From NCBI GenBank assembly GCA_965214935.1, contig CBDCCS010000021.1, positions 239,089-303,088 on the forward strand: a DNA stretch of 64,000 nt, given 5' to 3'. Under the pieces are notes generated by a model, which was not told the DNA's origin, made no database searches, and worked only from the letters and a program-made list of their open reading frames with translations. The DNA is from Candidatus Velthaea sp. (GTDB lineage Bacteria; Vulcanimicrobiota; Vulcanimicrobiia; Vulcanimicrobiales; Vulcanimicrobiaceae). Below are positions 63,365 to 64,000 of this stretch, piece after piece. A program made the translations under genes and the position numbers. The first letter of the stretch is position 1, and each line of letters opens with the position of its first letter.

Positions 63365-64000
63365 TGGCCTACACCCTTGATTGGCTCAACCTGGTCGTTC
63401 GCTGGTCGCATCTCATTGCGGGCATTAGCTGGATCGGCGCGTCGCTCTACTTTGTCTGGCTCGACAATCACTTAACGGCTCCGGCTGCGAATGACGCCCG
63501 CAACGGGATGGCCGGCGAGTTGTGGTCCGTTCACGGCGGCGGATTTTATCACAACCAAAAATTCATGACCGGTCCCAAAAACGAACCGCTGCCGTTCGAT
63601 CTGCATTGGTTCAAGTGGGAAGCGTACACGACGTGGCTATCGGGTGTCGCGCTGTTGGCAATTGTCTATTGGGCCGGAGCCGGCGCGTACCTGATCGATC
63701 CGACCGTGCTGGCGTTGACTCCGCCCGAAGCAATTGCCATAAGCATCGGCACGCTCGTAACCGGCTGGCTTGTTTACGATCTGCTCTGCCGGGCATTCGG
63801 TCGCCGGCCGCTGGTGCTGACCGCTGCCGTTTGCGCGTTCGTGCTGGTGGCCGACTGGGGTTTATTCCATATCTTCAGTGCGCGAGCGGCCTTTTTACAC
63901 GTCGGCGCCATGATCGGCACGATCATGGTCGCCAACGTATTCTTCATTATCATTCCGGGTCAGCGCAAGATGCTCGCCCAGATACGCGCGGGTGAAGAGC
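63364..64000 (+). CDS. puuD: Urate hydroxylase PuuD-type membrane protein (3' end outside window)
   Basis: ATG 63364 (TAATG overlap with uraD). MAYTLDWLNLVVRWSHLIAGISWIGASLYFVWLDNHL ... GELWSVHGGGFYHNQKF ... LHWFKWEAYTTWLSG matches the PuuD N-terminal membrane domain. The frame is open to the window end. Confidence 0.8.
   Translation, partial: MAYTLDWLNLVVRWSHLIAGISWIGASLYFVWLDNHLTAPAANDARNGMAGELWSVHGGGFYHNQKFMTGPKNEPLPFDLHWFKWEAYTTWLSGVALLAIVYWAGAGAYLIDPTVLALTPPEAIAISIGTLVTGWLVYDLLCRAFGRRPLVLTAAVCAFVLVADWGLFHIFSARAAFLHVGAMIGTIMVANVFFIIIPGQRKMLAQIRAGEE

Noticed and set aside
1-64000. CRISPR arrays, long tandem repeats, IS elements, integrases, phage or defence-system genes.
   Set aside because: No regularly spaced direct repeats and no recombinase, transposase, reverse-transcriptase or nuclease-NTPase gene signatures were seen on either strand. 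The only repeated non-coding element is the 30-nt SOS promoter module.

Overview
GC-rich, gene-dense bacterial chromosomal segment. Both strands are coding, and many 1-4 nt stop/start overlaps (ATGA, GTGA, TTGA, TAATG) define operons. I annotate about 60 protein genes. I saw no rRNA, tRNA, CRISPR array, integrase/transposase, or recognisable phage or defence gene. Left to right: tail of a Gly/Ser-rich protein; HlyD-type adaptor plus RND efflux pump; FAD oxidoreductase; DNA polymerase I at the end of a tightly coupled string with two envelope proteins; nitroreductase; orphan cheR; FAH-family hydrolase; split transhydrogenase pntAA-pntAB-pntB; UbiD-like decarboxylase, UbiA-like prenyltransferase and a solute-binding protein; YtrA-type GntR regulator with an ABC transporter; several DUF and oxidoreductase genes; alanine-racemase-like enzyme; GT39-like glycosyltransferase; M16 peptidase pair; SOS mutagenesis genes imuA'-like and imuB-like; ABC exporter; phosphoesterase, aldo/keto reductase, HAD phosphatase, lipid kinase, PhzF-like isomerase. 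The right end is a roughly 17 kb nucleobase-catabolism island: NitT/TauT-type ABC importer, reductive pyrimidine pathway, xanthine-dehydrogenase-family enzyme, aminohydrolase, OHCU decarboxylase, PuuD-type urate hydroxylase. Main observations: (1) imuA'-like and imuB-like genes each carry their own copy of a 30-nt promoter plus LexA-box module and look leaderless. They are separated by a ~0.5 kb lower-GC spacer that holds a well-signalled 37-codon convergent gene. (2) An MGMT-fold gene with catalytic Cys replaced by Ala, and a divergent ClpS-like gene, sit inside the reductive pyrimidine operon. (3) Three otherwise intact genes (pntAA, the MGMT-like gene, the PhzF-like gene) each need a single-base frame correction. 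(4) An AT-rich tandem-palindrome operator candidate lies upstream of the YtrA-type operon. I did not find a convincing complete novel multi-gene system. The items above are the best leads, and all family calls are by-eye motif recognition, not database searches.
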